Below the pieces are notes generated by a model, which saw nothing but the letters and a program-made list of their open reading frames with translations, did no database searches and was not told the origin of the DNA. Below are positions 50,601 to 64,000 of a DNA stretch of 64,000 nt, one piece after another. The first letter of the stretch is position 1; every line of letters starts with the position of its first letter. Source of the DNA: Paraspadella gotoi (lineage: Eukaryota; Animalia; Chaetognatha); NCBI GenBank assembly GCA_051294375.1, contig CM119270.1, forward strand, positions 1,328,484 through 1,392,483, in the 5' to 3' direction. Made by a program: the position numbers and the translations under genes.

Positions 50601-53600
50601 CACAAGACAAAGTATTTTATGCTCCTTCCTCTTTTTATTCTCTATATATCTATTATTTCTTCTTCTTCTTCTCTCTCTCTGATATTTGACTTACATGTCT
50701 CTCACTACCCTCTCTCTTTTCCGCTAAGTAACTGATTCATAATCATAGGGGAAAATATACGTGAATGACTGCTAGCTTGGGCTTCCGTTCCAGCGGTTGC
50801 CTTCATTATTTCTTTTTACACATAGCTGTTTCTCACTGATTGAGCTATATTGGCTGAGGCTCCGCCCATATTGCAGATGTTCTGCAGCTGAGCTCTGGCA
50901 AGGTTAGCTCACGCTTTATGTGATAACTCGTATCATTTTCTTCGACTGTCTAGCTTCCTCGCTCTCGCTGCCCCTCTTGCACTTCGTCGGTGTTATTTTC
51001 TATTCTTTTTTTCTGGCGTGGCCTCTGCTGCTGAAAATGATTTTGGCTTCTGTTCTCGTTTCCGTCTAAATCTCTGCTCTCTTTTCCACGCTTGTATGAT
51101 CGTCCTCTCGTCTTTCTCTCTGATTTATTAATTTTTCCTCACTTCGGCAGTCTACAAACTTCTCTATTAATCGGCCCCCCCAATTAAGTGTGTCAGTTCG
51201 GCACATGAAATTAAATAATCGATCGTACTTCGATTGATTTTTCGTGTGAACTTGTATATTTTTTCTATTAATTATCAATTAGCACATATATATTTTTTCT
51301 TTTGAAATATATTTATTCATTTCTTTATAATTTATTTTTAACTATCACATTTTTAATTATTATCCTATACACTATATCACACGTTTATGATTTATTACTT
51401 TTATATTCTATTCTATACGATACAGTTACACTTAGATTCATAGTATTACTTTGTCTTTTCGATCATTGGACATGGTCTGACCACGCTGTATATAACGAGA
51501 GTCGCATTCCGACGTCGAAACCTCGCTTGCGCTGTTTAATTAATGCCGCGGATCTAAAAGTAAAACTGAAAAGTAGCACATTCTATATGAATATGTTTAT
51601 ACTCCAGTTACTTACAGACTAGATAGCCCAAGGATCTTCGATTGCCAATATATGAGGTGGGTCAGAAGTTTTGAATTCTGGGATCCCTTACCAAATATGA
51701 TAATAACTCAATCTTATACATAATTTCTGTTTTATTTTGTAGATATAGTGGAAGCTATATTTTCACAAATGGCATGGCTAAAATATTTCTATAAATCGCG
51801 CGACAAGACCGAAGCCAACCTTCTAGATCAGAGCCTTCTCACAAATATTTTATATTAGTATTGTATAAATAAGGTAGCAACATATCAAACAAATTTTATA
51901 TTGAGAATAAATTTATCTTTTATTATATCAGCTCGATTCAATAGCTTTACTATGTGGAAAAGTTATCATTCTCTACATCTATAGAGTCACTCATTATTTA
52001 TTATTTTTTTCAACTCATTCTTGACTGACAATGAGCTCATAGGTAAAGAGCTGAGAAAACTTATAAGAAATCGAGGCGATGACAATCAGGTAGTTAATAC
52101 ATTACAGATGGAGGTTTGTAGCCAGTTTGATTTGTTAATTCTAATTATATATAGTAATTCACAGGTTAAACAATTTCCTAACAATTAAATCTAAAAACAG
52201 TTAGTTAAATGTTGCTATATTTTTTTTGCTTTTAGACTTTTTATTAGCTCTTATTATGAAAAATAATTAAAATAATAACAAATTAAAAAACATATTCAGA
52301 ATAATCAATTTATGAGCATTTTATATTCATTAGTTTTAGAGCGATATATAGATAGTTAATTTTAAAATTAGCGAGAATTACTCATGATTATCGGAGGATT
52401 GGATTTACACATTTGACTTTGAGGCGTTAAATTAAAGGAAATATTTTAACACAATAATTAAAAATGACCTAAGTTGAAGATAAGGAGATGTAGCTTGGTT
52501 TAAAATGACTGTACACATTAATTAATTAATGATTTGGAATTTGGTCGGCGCTTTACTGAGTTCTAAAAACATATTAGAGTCACTTTGCAAAAATTTAACA
52601 CGGTCGTATTATTAAGTGATTAGTTTAATTTTATAGTTTTATTGTATAATGGATTTTATAACTTTTTTTTTCTTTCTCTCATGAGTTATTATTAACTCTT
52701 TCCCTTTTCTCAAACATGAATAGAATTCGTTTGTTAAGTCCATCTAATTAATTTGTTTTCAATACAAATACCAGAGTTTCTCTTTTAGCTGCCTGTTAAA
52801 TTGTCGACGCATTATTGCCCTGATAATGAAATTCATTAACTAGAAGGAATAGATTACTTATCACCTTACTTAACGTATTGTCTATGCATATGAAAAGTGA
52901 TTCTTTATCCCGGCACTCCAAGCAAAATTGTATAGAAAATGCCTAAATCACAGCATGCAAGTCTTAAAAACTATGCCTATCACAGCAGGCCACATGAATG
53001 ACTATGCAACCTCGCAGCAAGTGAGAATGAACTATCATCTGCCATCCAGTCCCCGACCTTAATATCTTATTACAATTTATGATTAACGCGTCTACGTATT
53101 TAAATTTAAACTATATTAAAATTACAACAACATTTAAGGAAGAAAAGAAAACAAAAAAGGCAAGTATATAAAGAAAGTAGCGATCTAAGAAAGAAAAAAG
53201 AAGAAATATAAAAAAAAGTAGAAAAAGTAAAAAAAAGAAAGAAAAATTCTTTGAAATAATTCTCCTTTGAAAAAATTTCAAATTTCTTCATCTTTCTAGT
53301 ACAGAAATTATAATTTTCGAAGAAAAAACCATTGTTCTAATTCCAGGCTCTCTCTTCCACTAAGTAGCTCGAGAGGAGATAGAAAGAAAAGGAAGAAGAA
53401 GAAGGAAAGAAGAAGAAGAACAGGAAAAGGATTTTTTCAAATTTACCCTTAATTGAAAAAAAAAGCAGGAGAAGAAAAAAAGAGAGAAAAAAGAAAGAGA
53501 AGAAGGAAGGAAACTAATTATTTGCACACTCTTGAAGTTGAAATAACCTTCGCCATTACGAAGGGACGACACGACACGAAAAGAGAAGAGCAGACGACTT

Positions 53601-55229
53601 TCAAACGATACGAAGAATTAAAAAAAGAAAACACAGAAAACCAACAATTTTCGGGTTTTGAGTTCGACACAGGAAAGCATAGTGGTTGATGCATGTTGCA
53701 ATATATATAGGTCTAATTTCTTCCTCTCTTCTCATTGCTCCTTCTCTTCAGTTCCCGTTCTCTCCTCTCTGTTCGTCTCTTCGCCACAAGTTTGCCGGGC
53801 TTGCAGTGGGACGTCCCAGATGGCATGAGGCCGTCGTAGCATCTTCTTCTTCTCGGCTTCTCTCTCTCATTCTTCTTCCTCTTCTCCCTTGGGCCCTCTC
53901 CCGGCCTCAACCGGACATAAGACACGATAGGAGAAATTAAAGGAATTCATTAAAATTAGAAGGAGGAGTGAAGAGTGAAGAAGGGAGTTTGCGTAGGCGC
54001 GCGAAAGAAGAAAGAGTTATAGAGAAACAGAAAAGGAAAGAGGAAGAGAAAGTGAGTTGAGAAAAGAGGTGAGTAGGCAGAATGGAAGGAGAGAGAAGAA
54101 AAAGGTTCTGTAAGGATATTAATGATTAATTCTAGTGTAAACATCTGTCGGTGTCGGAACAAGAAACGAACACTTATTATTAGGGGTCAGGAATCGGTTG
54201 ATTAAGATTAATTCCTGGCTCCTAATGTTAAAGGCTCCTTAATTCCCACCTCAATCTAGGCTCTATTAGGGCAAAAGGTAGTTGTAATTAAGGAGGATTT
54301 AAACTTTATTGGAAACTAAGGGTCTTAGGATTTAATAATCCAAGACAGAGGTAATATTTGTGAATTATTGAATAGTGAAAATAATATGGGGAGTATGCAT
54401 TCGTTTCTTAAACTTATTGAGATGTTTTAAAGTAATTTTGGTAACGCGATCGTTAGGGAATGTTAAAAATTTACTTATCGTTATTATGAAAAATTCATAA
54501 AAATCGGAGTAATCCGTTCAAAAGTTGTTAATGGCAATAAAACAGTTCGCGAAATGCGTGCGCTCAAATGCGATTTGCAACTTCGCTTAAAAATTTTCGA
54601 ACGTTCGTGTGATTCCAATTTAAGGATTGAAACTACCGTTAAGTAACAAGCTAAACCGATTAATTTAAGCGGAATTATTCCGAACCGGGCCTTCATTGAA
54701 GAAGAAAATTAGAATTAAGCGAAGCCCGGAAAAAAGGAATCCCTACAAAATTAATTCAACAAAAAATAACATTAATTATTAACAGAATAAAAAAAGGGAA
54801 AAGAGACAAGAGAGCCAAAGAAGTTAAAAAGATTTAAAGGTAATAATGACTGATCTTGTGACCCAGCAAAACTACGATTAAATTAAATTCAATAATATTC
54901 GGTTTCCAAGATAAGAATGCACTAATCGTCACTGTGCGTCACGATAAGAGTTATGCAAGTGTTAATTATGTCATTGTTAATGTAGGAGAACAGACTTGTA
55001 AAGTAGAAGCAAATAAAACTAAATTTAAAAGAGTAATTGATTTGATCAATGTAAGTAAATTGATTGCAATGTGAATAAAATTAATTAAACCTTACATGAA
55101 GATGCACGAGATTTACATGATTAAAATTGTCAATTCTTGAAATCCGCTATATATTGAACAAGTTGACAAACAATTTCGGAATTGTGAACTTTAAGATTAA
55201 GTTTTAGCGGTTAGATCAGGTTAAAAAAT

Positions 55230-56360
55230 AGGCAAGTGAAAAAGAGAGTTTATCAAATTGAAAAAGAGATTTGCAAGTTTTGAGAAAGAGTTTGCAAGTG
55301 TTGAAAAAGATTTTATGCCAGTTTTGAAAAAAAGTGCGCAAAAGTTGAAAAAAGTTTAGCAACTAAAAAATTATGCAAGTTGAAAAAGTTAATTGCACTT
55401 ACTTGAAAAAGTTATGCATTACTTGAAAAAGTTATAGCATTACTTCAAAAGAGTATTCGCATTACTTTGGAAAAAAGTAATTGCATTAACTTTTGGAAAA
55501 AAGTAAAAAAATATGGCATCTCAAAAAAGTATGCAACGTGAAAAAAAGTTTATGCATTTTACTTTTGAATAAAAGTTATGCATTTACTTTTGAAAAAAGT
55601 ATTGTGCATTTACTTTCGAAGAAGAGTTATGCATTTAACTTTAAAAAAAGTTACGCATTTAATAAAACAATATGCATTACTTTTTAAAAAATGGGAGCTA
55701 TAGCGCGCACATCATTTGAAAAAAGGTATGCATACTTTTTGAAAAATAGTATGCATATTTAAAAAAGTAGTGCATACTATGCAAAAGTTATGCAGTACTT
55801 TTGAAAAAGTAGCACTACTTGTGAAAAAAAGTATGCATACTGTTGAAAAAAGTTAACAAAAAAGTATGCATACTTTAATAAAAGGTATGCATAACTTTGA
55901 AAAAAGTATTGGCGATATTTTTAAAAAAGTATGCATACTTAAGAAAAGTATTGCCTTTGAAAAAGATGCCGATACTTTTTTCCAAAGTATGCATACCTTT
56001 GAAAATAAGTATAGCATATTTAAAAAAGTATGCAATACTTTCAAAAAAGTATGCATACTTGTGAAAAAAGTATGCATACTTTGGACAAAAAGTATAGCAT
56101 TACTTTGAAAAAAGAAGTATATCATTACTTCAAAAGAGTATTGCATACTTGAAAAAATGGTATGCATACTTTCGAATAAAAGTTTAAAAAAGAGTATGCA
56201 TTACTATTAAAAAAGTATGCATGGACATTGAAATAAATAGTTGATGCATACGTTTTGAAAAAAAGTAATGCATACTTTTTCAAAGTAATGCATACTGTTT
56301 TTGAAGTATGCATTACCTTTTTTTTAAAAAATATGGCATACTTTTTTTCAAAAGTCATAT
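55230..56360. repeat. Satellite with ~20-22 bp self-complementary unit (AAAAAGTATGCATACTTT-G)
   Basis: Dozens of aaagtatgcatacttt-like units; the core is a palindrome. Confidence 0.9.
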
Positions 56361-58967
56361 GTCACGTCGAATGAATGAACCTGATCATCGCGATCATCAA
56401 TGAATTGAATTATCTAACCGATCAACTGAAGGACTAATCACAGCAGTCAATTAATGATGTATCATCGCATCAATGAATGACTATCATACGGGCATCCATC
56501 ATTATGGTTATCATCGAGAATCAATCCCTTCGGTTATCTTGCATTCAATATTTGGTTATACATCGCAATGCAATATTGGTTATCATTCGCATCAATATTT
56601 GGTTATCATTAAAAGTGGCCTCGATCCCTATTGCTTTTAGCATTTTATTGAAAGGTTTTTTCACTATCACATAACAATAATTATGTCTCTTCAAGAGATA
56701 AGATAGAGAACTAACAATGGGACCAAAACGACCGCCTAGGAACGCCAATATCTAACAGGCTGTGAAATTCAAAAACATTTGCATACAGAGCACTAGTCGT
56801 TCTAAACCGTAAAGAAATACGGTAAGCACATGTTGAAGAGTATGGGGTATTTATCTGGCCCGCATCGCGCATAGATCAATGCTTATTTTTAATTGATGTC
56901 CTCATTGGATAACCTAACGTCAACACAGTTTCCAATAAGCAGACCGGGACGCGCTTAAAAAAGCTTATTAGCGTAAGCAAAAAATCTGTGATATCCTTTT
57001 CTAATTTCTAAATTAAGTAATAACATCGTCTGTAAATTTTACCTTCTGATCTTTGCGCTCTACTGAAGACAGATGTAAAAACAATATAGTTCTTCGATGG
57101 TCTTAGAAGCAAAAAAAAAAATTGAAGGCTTGACTATGCATTTTCACCAAAAAAACCAGTTCATGATTGCTTTAAAAAATCAAGCATTCAAGATGCAAGA
57201 ATTTAAAACTTTCCTTCTTTTTTTTATCTAGTAAGAGAAGACAATAAGCTAATCCGAAACGCATACTGAAATGTTATTTGTTCTATTTTATCAAAAGAGA
57301 TCCAGCAGGTTTTTTTTGGTGAAAAGGGAAAACGTGCAGGCCAGTTCATTAAATACCATTTTTAGGCATGATAAAAATGGGAATTTCGAATCGCGCTCGA
57401 CCTCCGTTGGCTTTCCAAGACGCCATAAACTTTCGAAATCTAACGCCATAGTGGATTAATTATATGGTGCCTTACTCATGCAGTTTTGAAATAGAAGTAA
57501 AAATATATCAAGGAACTTGATCAGAACTTATTCGACGGATGCGCGAATGTACCCTATTATACTTAAATTCTCTTTAGAATTTTAACGCGTTATCCCTCGT
57601 CAATTCCAATGTTTGTCTTGGCCACACGTTTGTTCCTTATGTTTTCTATATAACGTTTAAAATATGTCAAATTGGATCGCGGTAGCTTTATTACTAAATG
57701 GAATTATAATTGAGACTGCTTAAACCCTGGTATATGCAGGTTTGTTTTATGAAGAGAAAAAGCCCGCAACATTCTAAAATCTCCTGTTGAATGACAGAAA
57801 TATATTGCCCTTGGACTTTGCCACATTGAAGCGTATCTGCACATCCAAATGAACAACCTACGAAACCAGTTACAGTACGCCTTGGTGTGGAATTTTCGAT
57901 CACGGAAGCAGCTCATCCACCAAAGACGGATTACGTCTCCTCTGTCGTATCCAGGTTATTCCATCCTCCCTTTTCCGAACCTTTATCTAGAATTTGTTAT
58001 TGACTTTCAAAAAATGCGATAAGCCGCCAGAGAGATATACGAAAATGCCAAAATGTAGTTCTCGCCGAAATAAGAGAAATGTATCTCAAATTAAAGACAA
58101 TNNNNNNNNNNNNNNNNNNNNNNNNNACCAAGAGAGAGATATCGTCGTCGTACGTCGTCGTTGTCGTCGTCGTCGTCGTTCGTCGTCCTCGTCGTTGTTA
58201 TCGTCTTCTTTCTGTGCGTCGTTGTCGTCGTCATAGTGCTCATCGTTAATCGATCGTCATCGTCATGTTAGATCGTCATCGTCATCTTCGAGTACATGCG
58301 TCGTCTTTGTCTGTGCGTCAGTCATCAATCTTCTCATCGTCGTCATCATCGTTGGTCGTCATCACATCTGTTCGTCGTCGCTTCGTTGTTCCGTCACGTC
58401 GTCTCATCGTAACTCTCATCATCTTCGTATATCTCGATTACGGTCGTCTTGTTGTGTCCGTAGGACAGTCGAATTATTCGTCGTTATCGTCATCTTCGTC
58501 ATCGTGATTGTGTCGTCGTTGATCGTCGTCATTATTCGATCGTCGTTATCGTTCCGTCGTTGTGGTCGTCGTTGTCGTCCGTCATCCCAGTGCGCTTATC
58601 ACCGGAAATCGTGATTCATTTGTGCAAACAAGAAAATCTGAGCGAAAATAGGATAACCGAAGTCAAAGCGGGCGACGACTTCAGGTAAGAAGTGAGGGTA
58701 GATGTGATTGGTTTGATTGAATTGATTAGCTGGTTGGATTGGTTGGCTGGTTCCTTTGTCGATTGCCTGGCTTTATTCGTTCGTTTTTAATTCCTAAATA
58801 TATTTCATTTACATTTTTCGAATTTGTTAATTTTATTGAATAGTTTATTCATTTCGCTCGTTAGCTTCGTTCATTGACTCGCTATTTCATTCACTGCGTA
58901 ATTCATTTACTCGCATTCCTCTTCCATCCTTCAATCCCTTTTCTTCGTATTTTTTCCTGAACAGACG

Positions 58968-59023
<56 letters not shown>

Positions 59024-59311
59024 AAAAGTAATATAAAAAAGAAAAGACAAAAAATCGCGGCAATAAGTCGACGATCTTTTCATCTTTTTTTAACATGGAG
59101 GTAAGAGAGATGGAGAGAGAGACGCGCGAAGAGAAGAGAGAGAAGAGAGTGAGTAGATGAGATAGTGAGACGGCAAAGGAATATGAGAAGGAGCGTCTAT
59201 AAGAAAAGGCAACAAATTGTGCGAAGTATTCTTGCTACTTTTTTTTTCTAAAATATAAAAATTATTTATTGCCTTTTTTCTTAAGCTTCAAGAGATAGTT
59301 AGATTTTCTCT

Positions 59312-59358
<47 letters not shown>

Positions 59359-59446
59359 CCTCTATTTTCACTTCTATTTTTCGTCCATGTCTCCGATAAA
59401 CTCATTTTACATTTGGAGAGAGAGAGAGAGTGAGAGAGAGAGAAAA

Positions 59447-59494
<48 letters not shown>

Positions 59495-60469
59495 TCATTC
59501 CTTGGTTTTTCCATTTTTTTCCTCTTCTCATTGCTAATCCTTTCTCTTTAAGTCATAATCCATCCAATCATATTGTGGTTCGATCCTACGAATTATGTGA
59601 GGCTCTGCCCGCTGGCTGCTGTCGGTTTGAGGGGTTCGCGGCTGCTGTTCGACTGCCTCCAGCTGCTGAGGGGTCGGATATTTCCATGCTGAGGCCGCGG
59701 GAATTGTAAAACGACGTTTGTTTTCTGAATTTATTCATTCATTTTTTATTTAATTAATTAATTAATTAATTAAATAATTTATTTATTTTTTAATTAATTA
59801 ATTAATTATACAAATTTTCCTTCTTACCCACGTCTAAATAGTATAACATTTGATGTTGAATTGTATAATACACACTACGTATAAGCGTTTCTCAAATTTT
59901 ACAATTCAAGTTATTTTTTTAATTTTGTGAGAAAATGATTTACACAACCGAAGCTCAGCGCCTCCAATGCTGAGAAAAGGTAAGGCGACCTTAAAAACTT
60001 ACCTCTCTTTCTATTTGATCATCTCTTTGACCTTTTTTTTACCCCCAGAGCTTCAAGAGGGGGGGGCAGGGGGGAAGGGAAAGGGCGGTACAGATAAAGG
60101 GGCGGTGAGATAAAGGGTCCGTAAATCTTGGGAAAAAACATATCTTTGTGTTTTTTTAAAATAATCTTTAAAATTAAATCGATAATTTCAATATTTATTT
60201 TTCATTGTTGTAGAAAGAGTTTATAAAAAAGATTATAGAAGTATTACGGTTGGTGAGAAAGAGAAAAAATAATAATTGTGGTGATAAAAAGATAAATTTT
60301 CCGTTTTTGTTTTAAAGATTAAACCGTTTGGCTCCAAAAATTCGGCCTTGTTTTGTAATTAATTTTTAGTCTTCGAAAAATAACGAAGAAATTTACTTTT
60401 ACTATTTTTCCTTTAAGTTTTGTCTCCAAAATGAAAGTTGATTGAGCTAAAACTTCGAGAAACCAGTTT

Positions 60470-60776
60470 TCCGACCTTAATATTATTACAATATGATAAC
60501 CTCTACGTATTAAATTTAAACTATTTAAAAATACAACAACACTTTAGAAGAAAAGAAACAAAAAAGCAAATATAAAAGAAAGTAGCGTATCTAAGAAAGA
60601 AAAAAAGAAGAAATGAGGAAAAAGAAAGAAAAGAAAAAAAAAGAAAAGGAAAATTCTTGAAATTAATTTCTTCCTGAAAAAATTTCAAATTTCTTCCTCT
60701 TCTAACGAAATTTATAATTGCGAAGGAAAAAAAGAGCCATGGGTCTAATCAGCTTCTCTCTCTCACTAGAGGTAGC

Positions 60777-60814
<38 letters not shown>

Positions 60815-61269
60815 GAGAGAGAGAAGAGAGAGTGAGAGAGAGTGAGAGAGGAGGAGAAGAGAGACAAGAAAGGGAGATTTTTTCAATTTTTCGGCTTTTT
60901 TATCGAAAACAAAGCGAGAGAGAGAGAGAGCAGAGAGAGAGAACAGAAGAGCAGAGAGAGATGAGAGAGACATGAGAGAGAGGAGTGCAGAGTATCGAAC
61001 GAGAAGAGATGTGATGAGAGAGTAGAGAGAAGAGAGAGAGAGAGAGAGGAGAAATAAGCTAATTATTGTGCGGACGACGTCTGAAGTGAAAATAACCTCG
61101 GCCATGAGGCGAAGACGACACGACGACGACAGATCGACGACGACGACGAAAAAGAGGAAAGCGGAGCACTTCAAATGTGATGGCGAAGAATAAAAAAAGA
61201 GGAAAAGCGCAGCGAGGGAAACCAATTACGTTATTATGACAGATAGAGTGTTTTTCATCGCTCTCTCTC

Positions 61270-61303
<34 letters not shown>

Positions 61304-62700
61304 TCTGCTCTCTTTCTTTCCTCCCTTTCGCCTGTTTCTACTCAACCGAGATGAGAGACATACGATGAGAGGGAGAGATAAAAAGGGTATCATGAAAATT
61401 TGAGAGTAGAGAGAGGGAGAGNNNNNNNNNNNNNNNNNNNNNNNNNGAGAAGGAGAGAGAGAGAGAGAGAGGAGAGAGGGAGAGAGAGAGAAGGAAGAGA
61501 CAAGAAGGGAGATTTTCAAATTTCGGCATTTTTTAATTGAAAACAGAAAACGAAGAGGAGAAGAGAGAGCAGGGAGAGAGAGAGAGACATGGAGAGAGAG
61601 GGAGATGAAGAGAGAGAGAGAGAGAGTAGAGAGAGAGAGAGAGAGAGTAGGAGAATATAATATTGTTGCGGACAGACGGTCTAGAAGTGAAAATAACCTC
61701 TGGGGCCATGCGGCGAAGATCGATACTGATGACGACAGATCGACAGACGGACGACGAGAAAAGAGGAAAGCGAGCGACGTTCAACGAAATGATGCGAAGA
61801 ATAAAAAAAGAGGGAAAGCGCAGTCGAGGAAGGACCAATTGGTTATTGATGGACAGATGAGAGTGTTTCTTTCTCCTCTTCTCTCTGCTCTCTCATCTCT
61901 TTCTCTCTCTCTCATCTTCTCTCTCTGCTCTCTTTTCCTTTCTCTCTTCCGTTTCTCTAACGGAGATGGAGACACGACGAAGAGGATAAAGGGATCATGA
62001 ATTAGAGAGGAGAGGGAGGAGGGAAGAGAGGGAGAAGAGAGTTATGGAGAGAGGAAAAGCAGAGAGGGAGAGCAGGGAGAGGAGAAAGTGAAATTTGGGG
62101 GGAGCAGGAGAGACAGAGACGAGAGAGAGATGAGAAGAAGAGAGAGAGAGAGAGAGAACATGAGAGAGAGAATGTGTAGAGGAGATAGAGAGAGAGGAGA
62201 GAAATCTAATTATGTGTGCGGACGACGTCCTGGAAGTTGAAAAATAAAACCCTCGGCCATTGAGCGAGAAGACCTACGACGACGACGACGTACAGACGAC
62301 GACGCTACGAAAGAGGTAAAGGGGACACATTAAACGATGATGGCGAAGGATAGAAAAAAGAGGAAAAGGCAGCGAGGGAAACCAATTTCGGAAATTATAT
62401 GACAGATAATTCTGTTGTTGCTCGATCTCTCCTACTCTCTCTTCTCTTCATTCTCTCTTCTCTTCTCTCTTCTCTGCTCTCGTGCTTATTTCTCCGTCTT
62501 CTTTCGCCGTTCTCTACAACGAGGATGGAGGACAGAGATCAGAGAGTGAGAGATAAAAAGGGATCATGAAAATTAAGGAGGAGAGGGAGAGAGAGGGAGA
62601 GAGAGTTTTATGGAGAGCGGAATGAGGAAGAGAGGAGAACGTAGGAGAGGGAGAAAGTGCAATGTTGGGTGGATGAGAGATGGTGGAGATGTGGAGGGGA
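60470..62700 (+). repeat. ~0.55-0.6 kb unit in three error-rich tandem copies, with a further copy at ~53053-54100
   Basis: gaagtgaaaataacctc.gccat...gacgac...aagagg.aaagcg..gagg.aaaccaatt at ~61083, ~61684, ~62233 and ~53534. The upstream flank ccgaccttaata...tctacgtatt is shared by ~53053 and ~60470. Confidence 0.85.
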
Positions 62701-63146
62701 GGAGCGTAGAGAGGGAGAGAGGGAGAGAGAGCGGATGGAGATTGGGGTAGAAGGGAGGAGCAAGGAGGAGAGGAGCAGAGGGAGGGGGAGAGGGAGAGAA
62801 AAAGGGTCTTAATTTAACTGCGATGCTTGTTCCTCTATCAAACTTTATGAGTATCTAAAAGCGGGAACCAGCATAAATAGAAATATAACAAAATAGAGAA
62901 ATAAATTAGCTAAAATGAGGGCAATAAATAGATAAGAAAATCACAAAATTGATAAAAAAATTAAGAAAAAAGGTTGGCGCGCAGCTTGCTCAAATACAGA
63001 ACAAAATTATTTTAAATATTGTTTAAAAATATAGAAATAATTATAAAACTGTTCGTGTCGATTGATAAATTTTTCCTCATTTTTTGTTCACCAAAGACTC
63101 ACTCTGTCCCACCCGCGGTCCTCTCCCTCTCTCTCTTTCTTTACAA

Positions 63147-63201
<55 letters not shown>

Positions 63202-63787
63202 TTTTTTCTCTTTGATTTGGTTTCACCACCTGAGTACACTTTTACACTCACCTAAAAAAGAGAGAGAGAAAAAAAAGATAAAACAGAAAAAAAAGAAAGA
63301 AAAAATTCCCAGACTTAAAAATGGAGACTCGAAGGAGTGGAACCTTTTTTGAAAAAAAATTCTTTGGCCTTTTTTCTTAGTTATTGATTAAATATATATT
63401 TAAAGTACTGTCAAAATTCGAGCTTAAAATGTATGGATATGTTGTAAGTAAAAGTATTTTTTATGAGATCGAACGTGGTCTTAAGTCGGAAAGAAAGTTT
63501 ACAAAATTTGAAAATGAAAAAAAAGTAAGTTTGTATGTGAAATGAGAGTATGAAAAATGTCAACTGCAATTAAAGTACAAATCGCTCACTTCTTTATTCA
63601 CGAAAATGGAAAAAAAAAGAATTAAGGAGAAATAAGGAGAATTAAGGAGAACTAAGGAAAAAAAACGAAAAAAGAAATAAGAAGAAGAAGGAAAAATGAG
63701 GCAGATCCCAAATTCTTAGTTTTAGTCACCCAAAAAAAAAAGGACCCGTCCCCTCAATCCATCAAAGCTTCCATTTCCTTTGTCTCG

Positions 63788-63916
<129 letters not shown>

Positions 63917-64000
63917 CTATCCCAAAAGTGCGGCGCAAGAAATCAATAGAAAGTCGCTTGAAATGAAATGGAACCCGTCGTCGTCGTCGTCGTCGTCGTC

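Noticed and set aside
61720-61790. Additional hammerhead cores (CTGATGA near 61726; CTGACGA near 19624, 39065 and 44673; TCATCAG near 36410)
   Set aside because: None has a stem II followed by GAAA and closing stems I and III.
60720-62700. Tandem gene array (MAEVIFTSDVVRT-like peptides)
   Set aside because: Copies differ by dense indels, sit around a 25-N gap and are mostly (AG)n; no shared open frame.

Overview
AT-rich eukaryotic (invertebrate-animal-like) draft-assembly window, not prokaryotic. It has spliceosomal GT-AG introns, dense (AG)n/(GAC)n/(GAA)n/(CAT)n microsatellites, many N gaps (nine are exactly 25 N) and long stretches that look like unpolished long-read gap fill. Much of the large-scale structure is probably artefactual: a ~7.4 kb direct duplication at offset 10,612, duplications flanking gaps, and several fold-back inversions. 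The best-supported biological content is: (1) a complete type I hammerhead ribozyme (3059-3122, duplicate 13671-13734) at the end of a Penelope-like pLTR-type remnant; (2) three phase-compatible minus-strand exons of a divergent fibrinogen-related-domain (FReD) gene (38847->37080), only the last of which appears in the ORF track; (3) two related tRNA-Gly-like SINE-type repeat families, one with a conserved flank and a multi-hairpin extension; (4) a 118 bp MITE, a pre-miRNA-sized hairpin and several mini/satellites. Almost all listed ORFs are microsatellite or N-gap read-throughs. I found no defensible new multi-gene system. The ribozyme/tRNA-like repeat cluster at 2470-3370 is the strongest lead.
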